Counted from the first letter of the stretch, positions 29,125-38,976 are shown. The stretch: DNA of 64,000 bases from Candidatus Bathyarchaeota archaeon (GCA_963828195.1 CAWHDT010000001.1:128001-192000), one strand, 5' to 3'. Numbers and translations are program-made. Notes: a model not told the origin generated them from the sequence alone.

Positions 29125-29385
29125 TTAGAGTATTCCAAGTTTAATGGCGACGTCTGAAGCCTTGTATTCAGGTGTCAGCTTCACAAAAGCTTTTTTTACG
29201 CCTTGAGGAGTAATCAGCATGTTCACTTTGCTGACTTTAACTTCGTAAAGTTCCTCAACCGCTTTTCTTACGTCGCTTTTTCCCGCTTTCAAGTTAACTA
29301 CGAATATGAGTTTGTTATCCCGTTCAACCATTACGCTTGCAGATTCAGTCATTAACGGGAAAGATATAACTTCGTTGCTGTCCAC
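29125..29385 (-). CDS. rpl23: 50S ribosomal protein L23
   Basis: P..TE, NKLIFVV, KKAFVKL. Confidence 0.97.
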   Translation of the reverse strand: MDSNEVISFPLMTESASVMVERDNKLIFVVNLKAGKSDVRKAVEELYEVKVSKVNMLITPQGVKKAFVKLTPEYKASDVAIKLGIL

Positions 29386-30179
29386 TATGCAGTTCCTCCT
29401 TCACCATAAAGCTTACCCAATCTTTCGATAGCGCCGTTAGTCCAAAGCGTTAACCGTCCCGGATGAGTTCCCGGAGCCAACATTTCCGTGTTAAGATTAG
29501 CAACCGTGGTAACTTCAACGCCTGGAACGTTACTTGCAGCGTTCACCAAGCCTTTATTTTCAGCCACTACAATGAGGGGCCCAACGGCTTGCTTCATTTT
29601 TCGTCCTCTGTGCTTGCCTTTGCCAGCGCGGATTTTCCGGCTGTCCCGCACCCGGGTAATATCTTGCAAGATGCCTAGGCTTGTGAGGGTTTCCTCGACT
29701 TCTTTAGCCTTCATTAAACCTTCAATAGCGTCTTCAACTATCAAGGGTATCTGAACAACATTTTCGATCTTGTGACCACGTGAAGCCACGGTTTCCTTCT
29801 GCGATGTAGCTGCAATCGCCGAAAATAACGCGAGTTTAGCCTCTTTCTTCGGGATACTTTTTAGTATTTTCTTTTCAGCTCTTGGCGGATGAGGCTGCCT
29901 TCCTTTAACTGTGCTTGGAGCAAAAGCTGCTCTTCCACTGCCGCCTTTGATACGTGGAACTCTTGCAATTGCGCTGCCTGTTCCGCGTGATTCCGCAGTG
30001 GTTCTTTTTCCAGCCATGGGGTCTCTGCCTTGAGGTTGTATGCTGCTGGATTGGATGGCTAGTACCGCACGTTTTATCACGTCGGGTCTTAGCGGCGTTA
30101 AAAATATGTCAGGAAGAGCTATTTTTCCTGTTGATTTACCTGTTAAGTCAAAAATTTCTGCTGTTTTTTGTGGTGCCAT
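29385..30179 (-). CDS. rpl4p: 50S ribosomal protein L4
   Basis: RPDVIKRA, AG.RTTAES.G.G..IARVPR, RAGKGK.RGR, LAPGTHPGRLT. Confidence 0.98.
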   Translation of the reverse strand: MAPQKTAEIFDLTGKSTGKIALPDIFLTPLRPDVIKRAVLAIQSSSIQPQGRDPMAGKRTTAESRGTGSAIARVPRIKGGSGRAAFAPSTVKGRQPHPPRAEKKILKSIPKKEAKLALFSAIAATSQKETVASRGHKIENVVQIPLIVEDAIEGLMKAKEVEETLTSLGILQDITRVRDSRKIRAGKGKHRGRKMKQAVGPLIVVAENKGLVNAASNVPGVEVTTVANLNTEMLAPGTHPGRLTLWTNGAIERLGKLYGEGGTA

Positions 30180-30190
30180 GGCTTTTCAAC

Positions 30191-31204
30191 CTATTTTCCT
30201 TGTGGAGATTCCAGCGATATATATGTGATTTGCGGTGCGGCCTCTGGAATTTCTGTTGGTGGACGCGCAGGAACACGTAGGCGAATTTGGCGTTTTTCTG
30301 TTCCAGGAATGCTTCCTTCGATCAAAACGTAGGGTCCTTTTACTTCGCCATACCTGATGTATCCGCCTTTAACGGTTACTTCTTTGCCGTCTTTACCGAT
30401 TTTCAGTATGCGTTTGTTGAATTCTATGCGTTGATGATAACCCATTTGGCCTGCTCTTGGAATCGAGTACATTAAGTGATGTGGATTCCATGGGCCTAAA
30501 GTGGCGATGCCACGTTTTGTTTTTCTGCCCTTATGCTGCAGGCACGTTACGCCCCAACGTTTTACTGGCCCCTGGAAGCCTTTGCCAACTGTGACTCCGC
30601 CAATATCGATGTATTGTCCGTCTTTGAATACTTCTTCAGGCGCCACTGTTTTGCCGAGCAGTTGTTTGGCGTATTCAAATTGCTGCTGAATTGTGCCTCC
30701 GCCGATTTGGACTTCGCTTACTTCAGGCTTTTTCTTTGAAAGGCTGGTTTGAGATGGCTGTGTAGCGGTTATAACTCGGATTGCGGAGGTTACTTCTATG
30801 TTTTCCTGGATTTTCTCAAGCATCTCTTCAGTGTTAAAGGTTTCTGGAAGAACCAGCGTTCGGTCAAGGATTGCCGGTGGCTCTTTCATCCATGCTTCCG
30901 AAATGTTCTGGAGTCCATAGGGTGTTTTTGTGTAAGTTCGCATTCCGCAGATGAGAATCGGCGGTGTTTCCAGTATGGTTGCGGCTTTCATGACTTCTTT
31001 GCCAAAGTGAGGTGAACGTTTGCGGTCTTCAATTGTGAAGACGTAGGTCATTCCTGCTTTGTAGGCTGAAAAACCCAAAAGCTTCGGAGAGTCAGATTTT
31101 ATTTTTGGCCAAAAACGGATTCGCGCAACCGGTTTCTTAGCGCGTTTCCTAGGTAAATAAGAAAGTGAACCATGTTTTGGAGCGTGAGTTTTCCGATGTC
31201 CCAT
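30191..31204 (-). CDS. rpl3p: 50S ribosomal protein L3
   Basis: P.HGSL..LPRKRA, YKAGMT, GKGFQGPVKRWG, RAGQMGYHQR. Confidence 0.98.
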   Translation of the reverse strand: MGHRKTHAPKHGSLSYLPRKRAKKPVARIRFWPKIKSDSPKLLGFSAYKAGMTYVFTIEDRKRSPHFGKEVMKAATILETPPILICGMRTYTKTPYGLQNISEAWMKEPPAILDRTLVLPETFNTEEMLEKIQENIEVTSAIRVITATQPSQTSLSKKKPEVSEVQIGGGTIQQQFEYAKQLLGKTVAPEEVFKDGQYIDIGGVTVGKGFQGPVKRWGVTCLQHKGRKTKRGIATLGPWNPHHLMYSIPRAGQMGYHQRIEFNKRILKIGKDGKEVTVKGGYIRYGEVKGPYVLIEGSIPGTEKRQIRLRVPARPPTEIPEAAPQITYISLESPQGK

Positions 31205-31328
31205 TTTACTTCAGCTTCGCGCCCTATGCAAATATAAAATAACGTTATAAACGTTCCCATCCAAAACAGGAAACCGCCGCAGATTTGAGCATCTAGCCAA
31301 ATTCGCTTTATTGTTTCCCACGGATTTT

Positions 31329-31459
31329 TAAGTTGCGACTTTTGTGTTGGCGTAAGTTGCGACTTTCCGCTCTGGGTCTTTGTGTTTTGGGTTGCTTTTT
31401 TGGTTTGGGGCTTGAGTGCGTTTGCGTGCTGCGACTTTAGGATGGGCGGATGCGACTTT
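31329..31459 (+). repeat. Four dispersed copies of TGCGACTTT (two as TAAGTTGCGACTTT)
   Basis: Copies at 31329-42, 31353-66, 31430-38 and 31451-59 in a G/T-skewed intergenic region. Confidence 0.75.
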
Positions 31460-31723
31460 CCATGTTGGCTTTATGCTGCGGTTATTGTCGGTTTTGGGCG
31501 CGGCGGCTTTCTCTGTCCAGGTTCCGTTTGCTTAGGTTTTGGTTTTCAAATTGGGAAGCGTGGAGGGTTGGCGGCTGCATCTTTCGCAACAAGGGTTAAC
31601 TGTATGCTGTTCAGTTCGAGGGCTTTAAGCGTTGATTAACCATCACACCCGTGCACCCCTCCCGCAGCCTGCAGCCTCCGTTAGAAAACATTTTTACATC
31701 CCAAACACAAATCCTATACCTGC

Positions 31724-31853
31724 GCCGGGGTGGCAGAGTGGTTAATGCGCCAGCCTCGAGATCCAAATTTGCACAAAAGGGGCTGTGCCAAAATCGACAA
31801 GCCAGCTGGTGGGCTTCGCGCCCGCAAGGGTTCGAATCCCTTCCCCGGCGCCA
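31724..31853 (+). tRNA. tRNA-Ser(CGA) with 43-nt intron at 37/38 (31761-31803)
   Basis: Acceptor GCCGGGG/CCCCGGC, G discriminator + CCA; anticodon stem CCAGC/GCTGG with loop CT CGA G^A; long variable arm GGGCTTCGCGCCC; T arm AAGGG-TTCGAAT-CCCTT. Confidence 0.93.
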
Positions 31854-32024
31854 ATTTTTAGAGCTAATTTCAAGGCTATTTTATAGAAAGGAGCATGATT
31901 TTGCCTTATTTGGCATTGCCCAGAAAAAGGTTAAAATTCGAGAAGCATTTTTTACTAGTAAAAGTTGAGCGAATTCGCAACTTAGTTCTATTCAGGACAA
32001 ATATCGTTCGTTATAGAATTTAGT

Positions 32025-32159
32025 CGGTGAAGCCGCTGGGTCTAAGACCCAAAAAGGGTTCGGAACTTTTTATATTACTGGACGGGGGAAACTAGCACCA
32101 ATTTACCAGTAAAACCACAGAGCTATGTTCCAATTAGTGGAACCGTTGGGATTTGAACG
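32025..32159 (-). repeat. Three inverted degenerate tRNA-3'-end/att scars
   Basis: Minus strand: GGGTCTTAGACCCAGCGGCTTCACCG (32025-50); TGTGGTTTTACTGGTAAATTGGTGCTAGTTTCCC (32086-32119); CGTTCAAATCCCAACGGTTCCACTA (32135-59). Confidence 0.6.
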
Positions 32160-32323
32160 TGCACTCTTGTTGAGTTCACCAAAGGGTTTCTCTTTTCTAA
32201 TTAAAAATTCAAGGCAAGAATCTCATTTTCTAATATTTTGTTTTGAGTTCTAAAAAGACTTTGGAACTCTAAGTGTAATAACTGCGCCAGCCCGTTGCTA
32301 ATTTGATTGGTTTGTAATTAGTT

Positions 32324-33145
32324 TCAGTTCTTGCTGTTAGTTTTCTTTTGGGTCTTGGTTGGAGTTGCTGTCGCCCATTTCATTTTGAAATAATCATGCA
32401 AAAGTTCAACAACGTCGCAATTGTTTGACCATATGTCTGGAGCCCCGGCGTATGCTGATTTTGCCGATGTGCTTAGTCTTATTTCTTTTCCGTCGTAAAT
32501 CCCAAAATTACCTGGAAGAGGGAGCGGGAGAGTTCTAACTTCAAAACAATCAGATTTGTCTAAACCCTCTAATATTTTCTTCAGCTCGATTTCATTTTCA
32601 CTTTGCTCAGTGATAATTTGGAAGCTGACTTTTCTCTCAATTGCTTTGTTAAATGCTTTAAAAGAATTTGTCAGTACTGGTCCAAGCTTTTTTAAAGGAA
32701 TCATTAAGAGCATTTCTTCTTTCGCGCTATCCAATGCTTTGGCTCTTTCGCGGATAAGCATCTCTTTTTCAGGAATCAAAATGAATTGATTAAGTTTTTC
32801 TTTAGAGACATTCTTTTCGAAAGTGTTGTACTTTTCAATCAAAATATCTGCTTTTTCAGATAGTTCTGACTGGTCTTTTCTCTTCCTCTGGAGCAGCATC
32901 GATAGGGCGTCAAAAATTGGTATAGCGGTAAACTCATTTGGCGAGGCGACAATTTTTTTAGCTAAACCTAAATCTTGGAGTTTGGAAATCGTTCGATACA
33001 CATCGGGTCGTGAAACACCGGAAACTTTGGCAATTTCAGGCGCCCTTGATGAACCATTCATGACAAGCGCTAGGTAAACTCTTGCCTCTGTGATCGTTAA
33101 TCCTAATCTAGAAATTGTCTGGGCATCTTCGTTTCCGTTAAGCAG
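32324..33145 (-). CDS. TrmB-family transcriptional regulator (probable CTG start at 33145)
   Basis: The frame stays open upstream of ATG 33061 and encodes the TrmB N-terminus LGLTITEARVYLAL, then EIAKVSGVSRPDVYRTISKL.DLGL; C-terminal PLD-like domain (FGIYDGKE). Confidence 0.85.
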   Translation of the reverse strand: MLNGNEDAQTISRLGLTITEARVYLALVMNGSSRAPEIAKVSGVSRPDVYRTISKLQDLGLAKKIVASPNEFTAIPIFDALSMLLQRKRKDQSELSEKADILIEKYNTFEKNVSKEKLNQFILIPEKEMLIRERAKALDSAKEEMLLMIPLKKLGPVLTNSFKAFNKAIERKVSFQIITEQSENEIELKKILEGLDKSDCFEVRTLPLPLPGNFGIYDGKEIRLSTSAKSAYAGAPDIWSNNCDVVELLHDYFKMKWATATPTKTQKKTNSKN

Positions 33146-33275
33146 AATAAAGCCCCATTGTTCAAGTATTAATTAACAATTAACAATATACTTCTTGCAG
33201 GGATTTATCTTTTTTCTCATTATTCTATTTATAACCAATATTTTGCGTGATGGCTTTATAATCGTGTGATTTGAC

Positions 33276-33306
33276 GGTGGGTCACCCACCAACAAATGCT
33301 TTATAC
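33276..33306 (+). promoter_or_regulatory. Perfect palindrome upstream of TATA box; candidate TrmB-binding site
   Basis: GGTGGGT-C-ACCCACC at 33276-33290; CTTTATAC at 33299-33306; lies between the divergent TrmB and secreted-protein genes. Confidence 0.6.
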
Positions 33307-33377
33307 TCCCCTAAAACTATGTTTTATTACTTATTTTTGAGCGTTTTTAAACAATAGACATGAAAGGATGAAAAAAC

Positions 33378-34439
33378 ATGAAGAAAATACAAATCCTAAC
33401 AATAGTATTTCTAATTTCGTTAGCAATCTCCGCATTCGCGGGCATACAAGTCAAAGCTCAACCAAATACGTATCCAGTGACTTTTTTTAGTACAGGTCTT
33501 GGCTCTGATGCTACTGGGAACTTGATGACTTTCATGGTTACTGGCGGTTCATATTCTGGTGCTTCTAGTCCGATTGCCGTGGCTGGCGGTCCTGGCCCGG
33601 TTGACGCCGGTTCCATCCTTGTTGACATTACCGCAATAGTTACAGTGACTTTCGTTGATCCTATTCCGAGTACTATCCCTGGTGAACAGTATCGACTTAG
33701 CAGCGTTGATGGCAATGTTACCGGCAATCCTTCCTCAATTCTTAACATAGCTGATGGTGCCCTTCAAATTGTTACTGCTAACTATGTGCTTCAGGACAAT
33801 GTGGTCTTTACTGCTTCAGCCAACGTCCTGGGCGATAGTTCCGCAACGATTGTCACATCTGACAGTTTCTCCTACACCTTGGGCGTAAACACCGCTGGAA
33901 CTACTATGGTTAGCAGTGCCTCCTATGCTGCATCTGCTTTGCCCTACAAAGTTTGGGTTGACGACAGCACTCCAATTGCCTACAGTTTTGCAAGTCCTGT
34001 GGCTTCTTCTACATCGCCATCTACTATTCAGTATGTTTGGAGCAGCACCAGTGGGCTTGATATGTCTCAGTCGGATTCTTTCACTGTTCTTAGCCCAGGC
34101 ACGGTTACCGGCAACTATGTGTCTCAGGCTCCCTATTCTGGTCTTTCACCTGGGTTTTGGAAGCACAACATTGGCGTTTACTGCGGGACAAGTCCGGGAA
34201 GTTACAGCTCTCCACAACCAGGTCTGCCACATGAAACAGCCGCATCAATGCTATCCCTTGCCACGACAATTCTATCCACACATCCCGCCGGCGTGCCTCC
34301 AACTGTAACAACTGCATCTGATTTCCTATTCTGGGCTGACACCCAAATGAACAATCCAGCACTGAAAAACGTGGCCCCAACTTGGCTCACTATTGCCAAC
34401 TGGTTCAACGCAGCAGCAGGTTATACTCCATACCCATAA
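33378..34439 (+). CDS. Secreted S/T-rich protein with two beta repeats and C-terminal SPGFWKH-motif domain
   Basis: Signal peptide MKKIQILTIVFLISLAISAFAGIQVKA; two similar repeats (V.F...LG.D......VD.....F..P..S....QY...S..G). Confidence 0.8.
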   Translation: MKKIQILTIVFLISLAISAFAGIQVKAQPNTYPVTFFSTGLGSDATGNLMTFMVTGGSYSGASSPIAVAGGPGPVDAGSILVDITAIVTVTFVDPIPSTIPGEQYRLSSVDGNVTGNPSSILNIADGALQIVTANYVLQDNVVFTASANVLGDSSATIVTSDSFSYTLGVNTAGTTMVSSASYAASALPYKVWVDDSTPIAYSFASPVASSTSPSTIQYVWSSTSGLDMSQSDSFTVLSPGTVTGNYVSQAPYSGLSPGFWKHNIGVYCGTSPGSYSSPQPGLPHETAASMLSLATTILSTHPAGVPPTVTTASDFLFWADTQMNNPALKNVAPTWLTIANWFNAAAGYTPYP

Positions 34440-34690
34440 GTAGCTGACTAAAAATAGCTCTCCTTTTTTCTTTTTGTTAAAAATCTATCTTTTTCCTGAT
34501 AACTTCCGCGCGTGGTTCTTCAGACCCTTTTCCTCCAATTGCCGCCTATTTATTTTTGCCCTTCAGCCACTGAAGCGTACAAGCCTTGAATGGCCTAACT
34601 CTATCGGCCATCTGTTTCTTAGAGTTTGAACCATAAGCAAAATACCAAACCGTGTTCGTCTGAGACTCGATTTTTGTCGGATACGAAACA

Positions 34691-34825
34691 TCATGCCTGC
34701 ACTTGTCCATTTTCAGTATTTCCGTATACCAAGTTTATGTATGTGAACAGTTGCGCAAACGAGATATCTAACATTTGCTGTAAATTGGCTGCTTTTATGC
34801 CCCAAAATCGCTTGCTTCTTTCCAT
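34691..34825 (-). CDS. Possible small protein (44 aa)
   Basis: MERSKRFWGIKAANLQQMLDISFAQLFTYINLVYGNTENGQVQA*, preceded by a perfect GAGGTGA (34836-42). Confidence 0.35.
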   Translation of the reverse strand: MERSKRFWGIKAANLQQMLDISFAQLFTYINLVYGNTENGQVQA

Positions 34826-35191
34826 CAAAGAGTTTTCACCTCTCGCGAATGTTTTTTTGTTAGTTTAATGTTCGGTGCGATAAAAATTACAGTACAATCT
34901 ATAAAGTCATAATAAGCTATAGACATAACATTTATGTTCTCTAGATACTATCATAAAATAAGCAAAATATTCTCCGAATCTTGTTGTAAGAGGCTGAAAT
35001 TCTGTGAAAAAAATTTCTTTAATTAAGGTATTTAAATCGAGCCGAGCTCATAGAAGGCGCGCTTGGTTGCTTACAAAAGCTGTCGTATTATCGAAAGTTA
35101 CAATTAACAAGTCTCTGATCTGGACTATAAGTTTGAAGAAACATGGCGGAATTGAATCAAGGTTTGTCTCGTTAAGGAGGTCAACTCCGTC

Positions 35192-38100
35192 ATGACCCGT
35201 GTGGTTGTAGCAGGATCACAGTTAAGCTCAAAATTCGCAGTAATAGACTTCACGAACCCTAACAATCCAACCGTTGTGAAAACTGACGCTGGATGGCAGG
35301 GGGGTGCTCAAGTCACCTTAGATGGCAGCAACTTGTTTGTGGGCAACCTCCTCACCGGCGAGGTCCAGCTGTATGATGTTTCGAACCCAGCGACGCCGAC
35401 GCCGATGGGAAGCATAACGACAACTCTGAACGGCATAGGAGCAATCGCAGCAAAAGGAAACTTGGTGACGGTTGGAGAGTGGCAGAGCCTATCTGGGGCG
35501 CTGGTTGACTTGATAGACTTCTCGACCCCGAGCAACCCAAACATTATCGGTCAAGCCATAACACCAATTACCACAACCCCTACGACTAGCGGGACTAACC
35601 CTAATCCAGGTGCGATAACTTCAATTGCGTTCTTGAGCAATAATGTCGTAGTAGCCGCTGGGAATGGTCACTACAACGTCGTAGTCGTCGATTTTACGAA
35701 TCCGAACAGCCCAGCCGTCAATGAATTCAATCCATACCTGCAGGGAGCAGGCCCTCAAATCGATGCAGATTCCAAGGCAAATCAGATAGTCGCGGGTGAC
35801 TCTGGTCAAAGTGGAATAATCGAGCTCTTTGACGGAACCTCCCCATATAACAAAATAGGAACAGCGAATACGTCATTAACGGCTATAACGTCAATAGCGC
35901 TATCCCAAGGACTAACAATAGCCGGGAGCTCGTTTGATTTAGGACAGGCAGTACTAGTTGACTTTACCCAGAATCCTGCGACCAAAACGCCGATCACCAC
36001 GATATTCGGCGGCGCGAGCACTGTTGCAATCGACGGGACTACGGGAGCTTGTGGAGATGTCAATGGCAGCACTGTTCAGCTTTTCGACCTCACGCAATCC
36101 CCGCCTGCGCCTTTGGGCAGCATAGATTCCCAGGTCCAATCCATTGGAACCCTTTATACAAAATCGTTCACCGCCCCCGTTCCACAGACTCCCAAAATTT
36201 CCGTTAGCCCGACAGCTCTTGCCTTCGGCAACGTCAGAGTGGGAAGCCCTTCGCAGCTTGTGCTGAAGATCCAAAATACAGGGAACGCGCAACTCAAAGT
36301 AACAGCAATAAAGTCCTCGGACCCTCATTTCGTCCCATCACAGACGGGGCCAGTCAATATTGCAGCAGGACAATCCTCTTCACTTAATATCACTTATACA
36401 CCGACCTTGCAAACGGTCAATAACGCAAATCTGACCATCAATTCGAACGCCGCCAACGGAACGCTAAACGTTCCTCTCTCGGGAACCGGAGGTCTTCCTC
36501 AGATCTCCATATCCCCTACGAGCTTGAATCTGGGGAACGTTCCGGTCTGCGAGTCCGGAACTTCAACGATGATGATTACCAACAGTGGCGGCATCCCTTT
36601 GAACGTGACCTCGATTATCTCCAACAACGGCGCATTTAGCCCGAGTGTCCCGAGTCATACTAGCGCGATTGTTCAGCCTAATGGCTCATTGATAGTTACT
36701 GTAACGTTCAAACCTCAAGCTATAGGAGCGGCGAATGGTGCGCTCACCGTAGCCTCAAACGACCCTACCACGCCTTCGGCAAACGTCACATTGACAGGCA
36801 ACGGATTGCCAACCCCTCCCCCAAGCGTCACGGTAAACCCAACCTCAGAAAACTTCGGCCCCATCCCAGTGAATTATGGTGTCGGAAAAAGAATCACGGT
36901 TGCAAACTCTGGACCCTGTCAGGCGCTTCAAGTGACACTGACATCAAGTGGCCCCCCATTCTACATAACGATAGCTGCCCCGATATCTCTTCCGCCAATG
37001 AACCCCCCCCGTCGTCGATACCATAGGCCCCAACAGCTCTACCCAGTATGTCGTGACCTACTGGCCGACGAAGGTAGCAAACGATTTCGGCACTCTGACA
37101 ATTGCCAGCAACGATCCTGCAAATCCGAGCATCCAGGTTAACCTCTCAGGAAATGGCATCACACTATCACCCATCACCGCTGAGCTAGTACTTGACAAGT
37201 CGGGAAGCATGCAAGGAGCTGCAGCGGGAGGCGTGACCAAAATGACCGCGCTTCAGTCCGCCGTTGACCTCTTTGCCGATCTCGTCCAGACCGGCCAGAG
37301 CAACTCCGTCGGAGCCGTCGAGTTCGACAGCACCTCCTCGGTACTTACTCCCCTTGCATTATATACAGCAACTCAGCAGAGTGGGTTGGAAACCGCCGTT
37401 GGAACCCTCACTCCAGGTCAAACCACCTCTATAGGCGGGGGACTGCAGCTAGGTCAGAATCAACTCCCCACTGGTCAAGCCCCTCGAAACGTGTTAATCG
37501 TCTTCACCGATGGAATGGAGAATACCCCTCCCATGATCGCTACAGTCGAACCGGGCGTCCTTGCAACGGGCAGTCAGATTTTTGCCGTGGGATTGGGTCA
37601 ACCTCAAAACATCTCAAGTCAAGCACTCGCCGAACTCGCAGCCAGCAGTGGTGGTAAGTACTTCCAGACCGATGACACTCTTGTACTCAAAAAAGATTTC
37701 GTTGAGGTGCTCGCAGACGCATTCGCCAACAATCTAGCCGCAGACCCAATCATCACGCTCACCCCAGGACAAGTTTCAGACACCCCCGTTTCGATAACCA
37801 CATGTGAGCAGAGACTCACATTTACTCTGAACTGGGATAACCCATTGTTAACCCTGGCCTTGAGCATAATTGCGCCGGACGGCACGACCTATTCATCCAC
37901 ATCTCCTGGGAACAACCTCTTGGTCAGGTATGGCAGTTGACCCGGATACATCTATTATCAGATCGCCCTCCCCCCAATCGACCCCGGCTCCGGACTCGTA
38001 ATAGGGCCAAGAATCGTTGGCAACTGGATCATGCGAATAAACGCAGTTGGCTTGGCCAGCTCCTCCGAACGGTGTGCGACCACAGTCATGGTAGAAAGCA

Positions 38101-38576
38101 TCCTGAAAATGAGCTCTCAAGTCAATCTAGTTGACGCCGACACTCCAATGCAAATCTCCGCCCAACTCCTTAAAGACGGGGCCAAAATCACAAACGCACA
38201 AATACTCTTGTCAGTGATGGCACCTCTAAAGTCACTCGCAGCCACCATGACACCCGCGGTGGTTTTGCGAGCCAGGCAGGCCGACCAGCATCCTATAAAC
38301 GCTGGACAACCTCCGATGATTCCGACTGTAACCCATAAATACCGCCTCAAACCGAATCAAGATGGCATATTCCAGATAGAATTACCACCGCAAATCATCG
38401 ACGGTATCTATAAATTAACATTAGAAGCCACTGGCAGCGCCTGCGGCGGGCAGTTCCAGCGTCACGCAACTCAAAGCGTGTACTTGGGGAGTCGTAAGGC
38501 GCTTTATACCCGTCCCGAAGTGGCGATACCAGCTACACCAATCCTCACGAAAACCACAAATACTGTGCCCCTATAA
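35192..38576 (+). pseudogene. Large LVIVD-like repeat / ASPM-SPD-2-Hydin (choice-of-anchor D) Ig repeat / vWA protein interrupted by a frameshift and an in-frame TGA
   Basis: ORFs 35192-37141, 37053-37940 and 38031-38576 join: one extra C in C8 at 37003-37010, and TGA at 37938-40 followed in frame by PGYIYYQIAL...MRINAV. vWA MIDAS DKSGSM, TSIGGG, FTDGMEN. Confidence 0.8.
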
Positions 38577-38936
38577 CGCTCAAATGGGCTCTCTCAATAG
38601 TCAGTCTAAATTTGATCGATAAATCGACGATTTGGAAACCCCCAGTCGCCCTCTTGAATCTAAATTTGAGTATGCTTTTTAGGGTGAAGGATTTCGACTC
38701 AAACGATGCTGTTCAGGGTAATTCATTAAACCATAAAACCGTAACTGACGCCTCACATAGGGATTGGAACCAAAAGAAGTTCTGAAACCCGAATTCTTGA
38801 ATGGACAACTGTGGAACCACTTATGGCTCTTCTACATAAAGAATTAGTCCCTTGACTTAAGAGATTAGAACATTGAAAACGGTAAGTCTCTAATTGGACT
38901 TGCCCCCAAACAAAGTATAAGTCAATAGATTGTGGG

Positions 38937-38976
38937 TTTACTAGTAAACTGGGGCTCGAATCCCTTCCCCGGCGCC
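38937..38976 (+). repeat. att-like repeat R1 (palindrome + tRNA-Ser 3' end)
   Basis: TTTACTAGTAAA-CT-GGGGC then TCGAATCCCTTCCCCGGCGCC, identical to tRNA 31832-31852 over 21 nt. Confidence 0.92.

Noticed and set aside
31329-31459. CRISPR array
   Set aside because: Repeats are only 9-14 bp with irregular spacing; no cas genes.
31382-31639. 85-aa ORF
   Set aside because: Product of G/T-skewed low-complexity DNA; no motif.
31651-31968. 105-aa ORF
   Set aside because: Overlaps tRNA-Ser entirely; spurious.
34664-34676. 13-bp match AGACTCGATTTTT also near 44978
   Set aside because: Matches of this length are expected by chance in a 64 kb window.
37938-37940. Selenocysteine recoding of the in-frame TGA
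   Set aside because: Not a redox Cys context, no SECIS recognised, and the gene has a second lesion; nonsense mutation or error is simpler.
38647-38657. CGCCCTCTTGA shared with the end of R1 as a sixth att copy
   Set aside because: Only 11 bp match and the T-loop part does not align; too weak to call.
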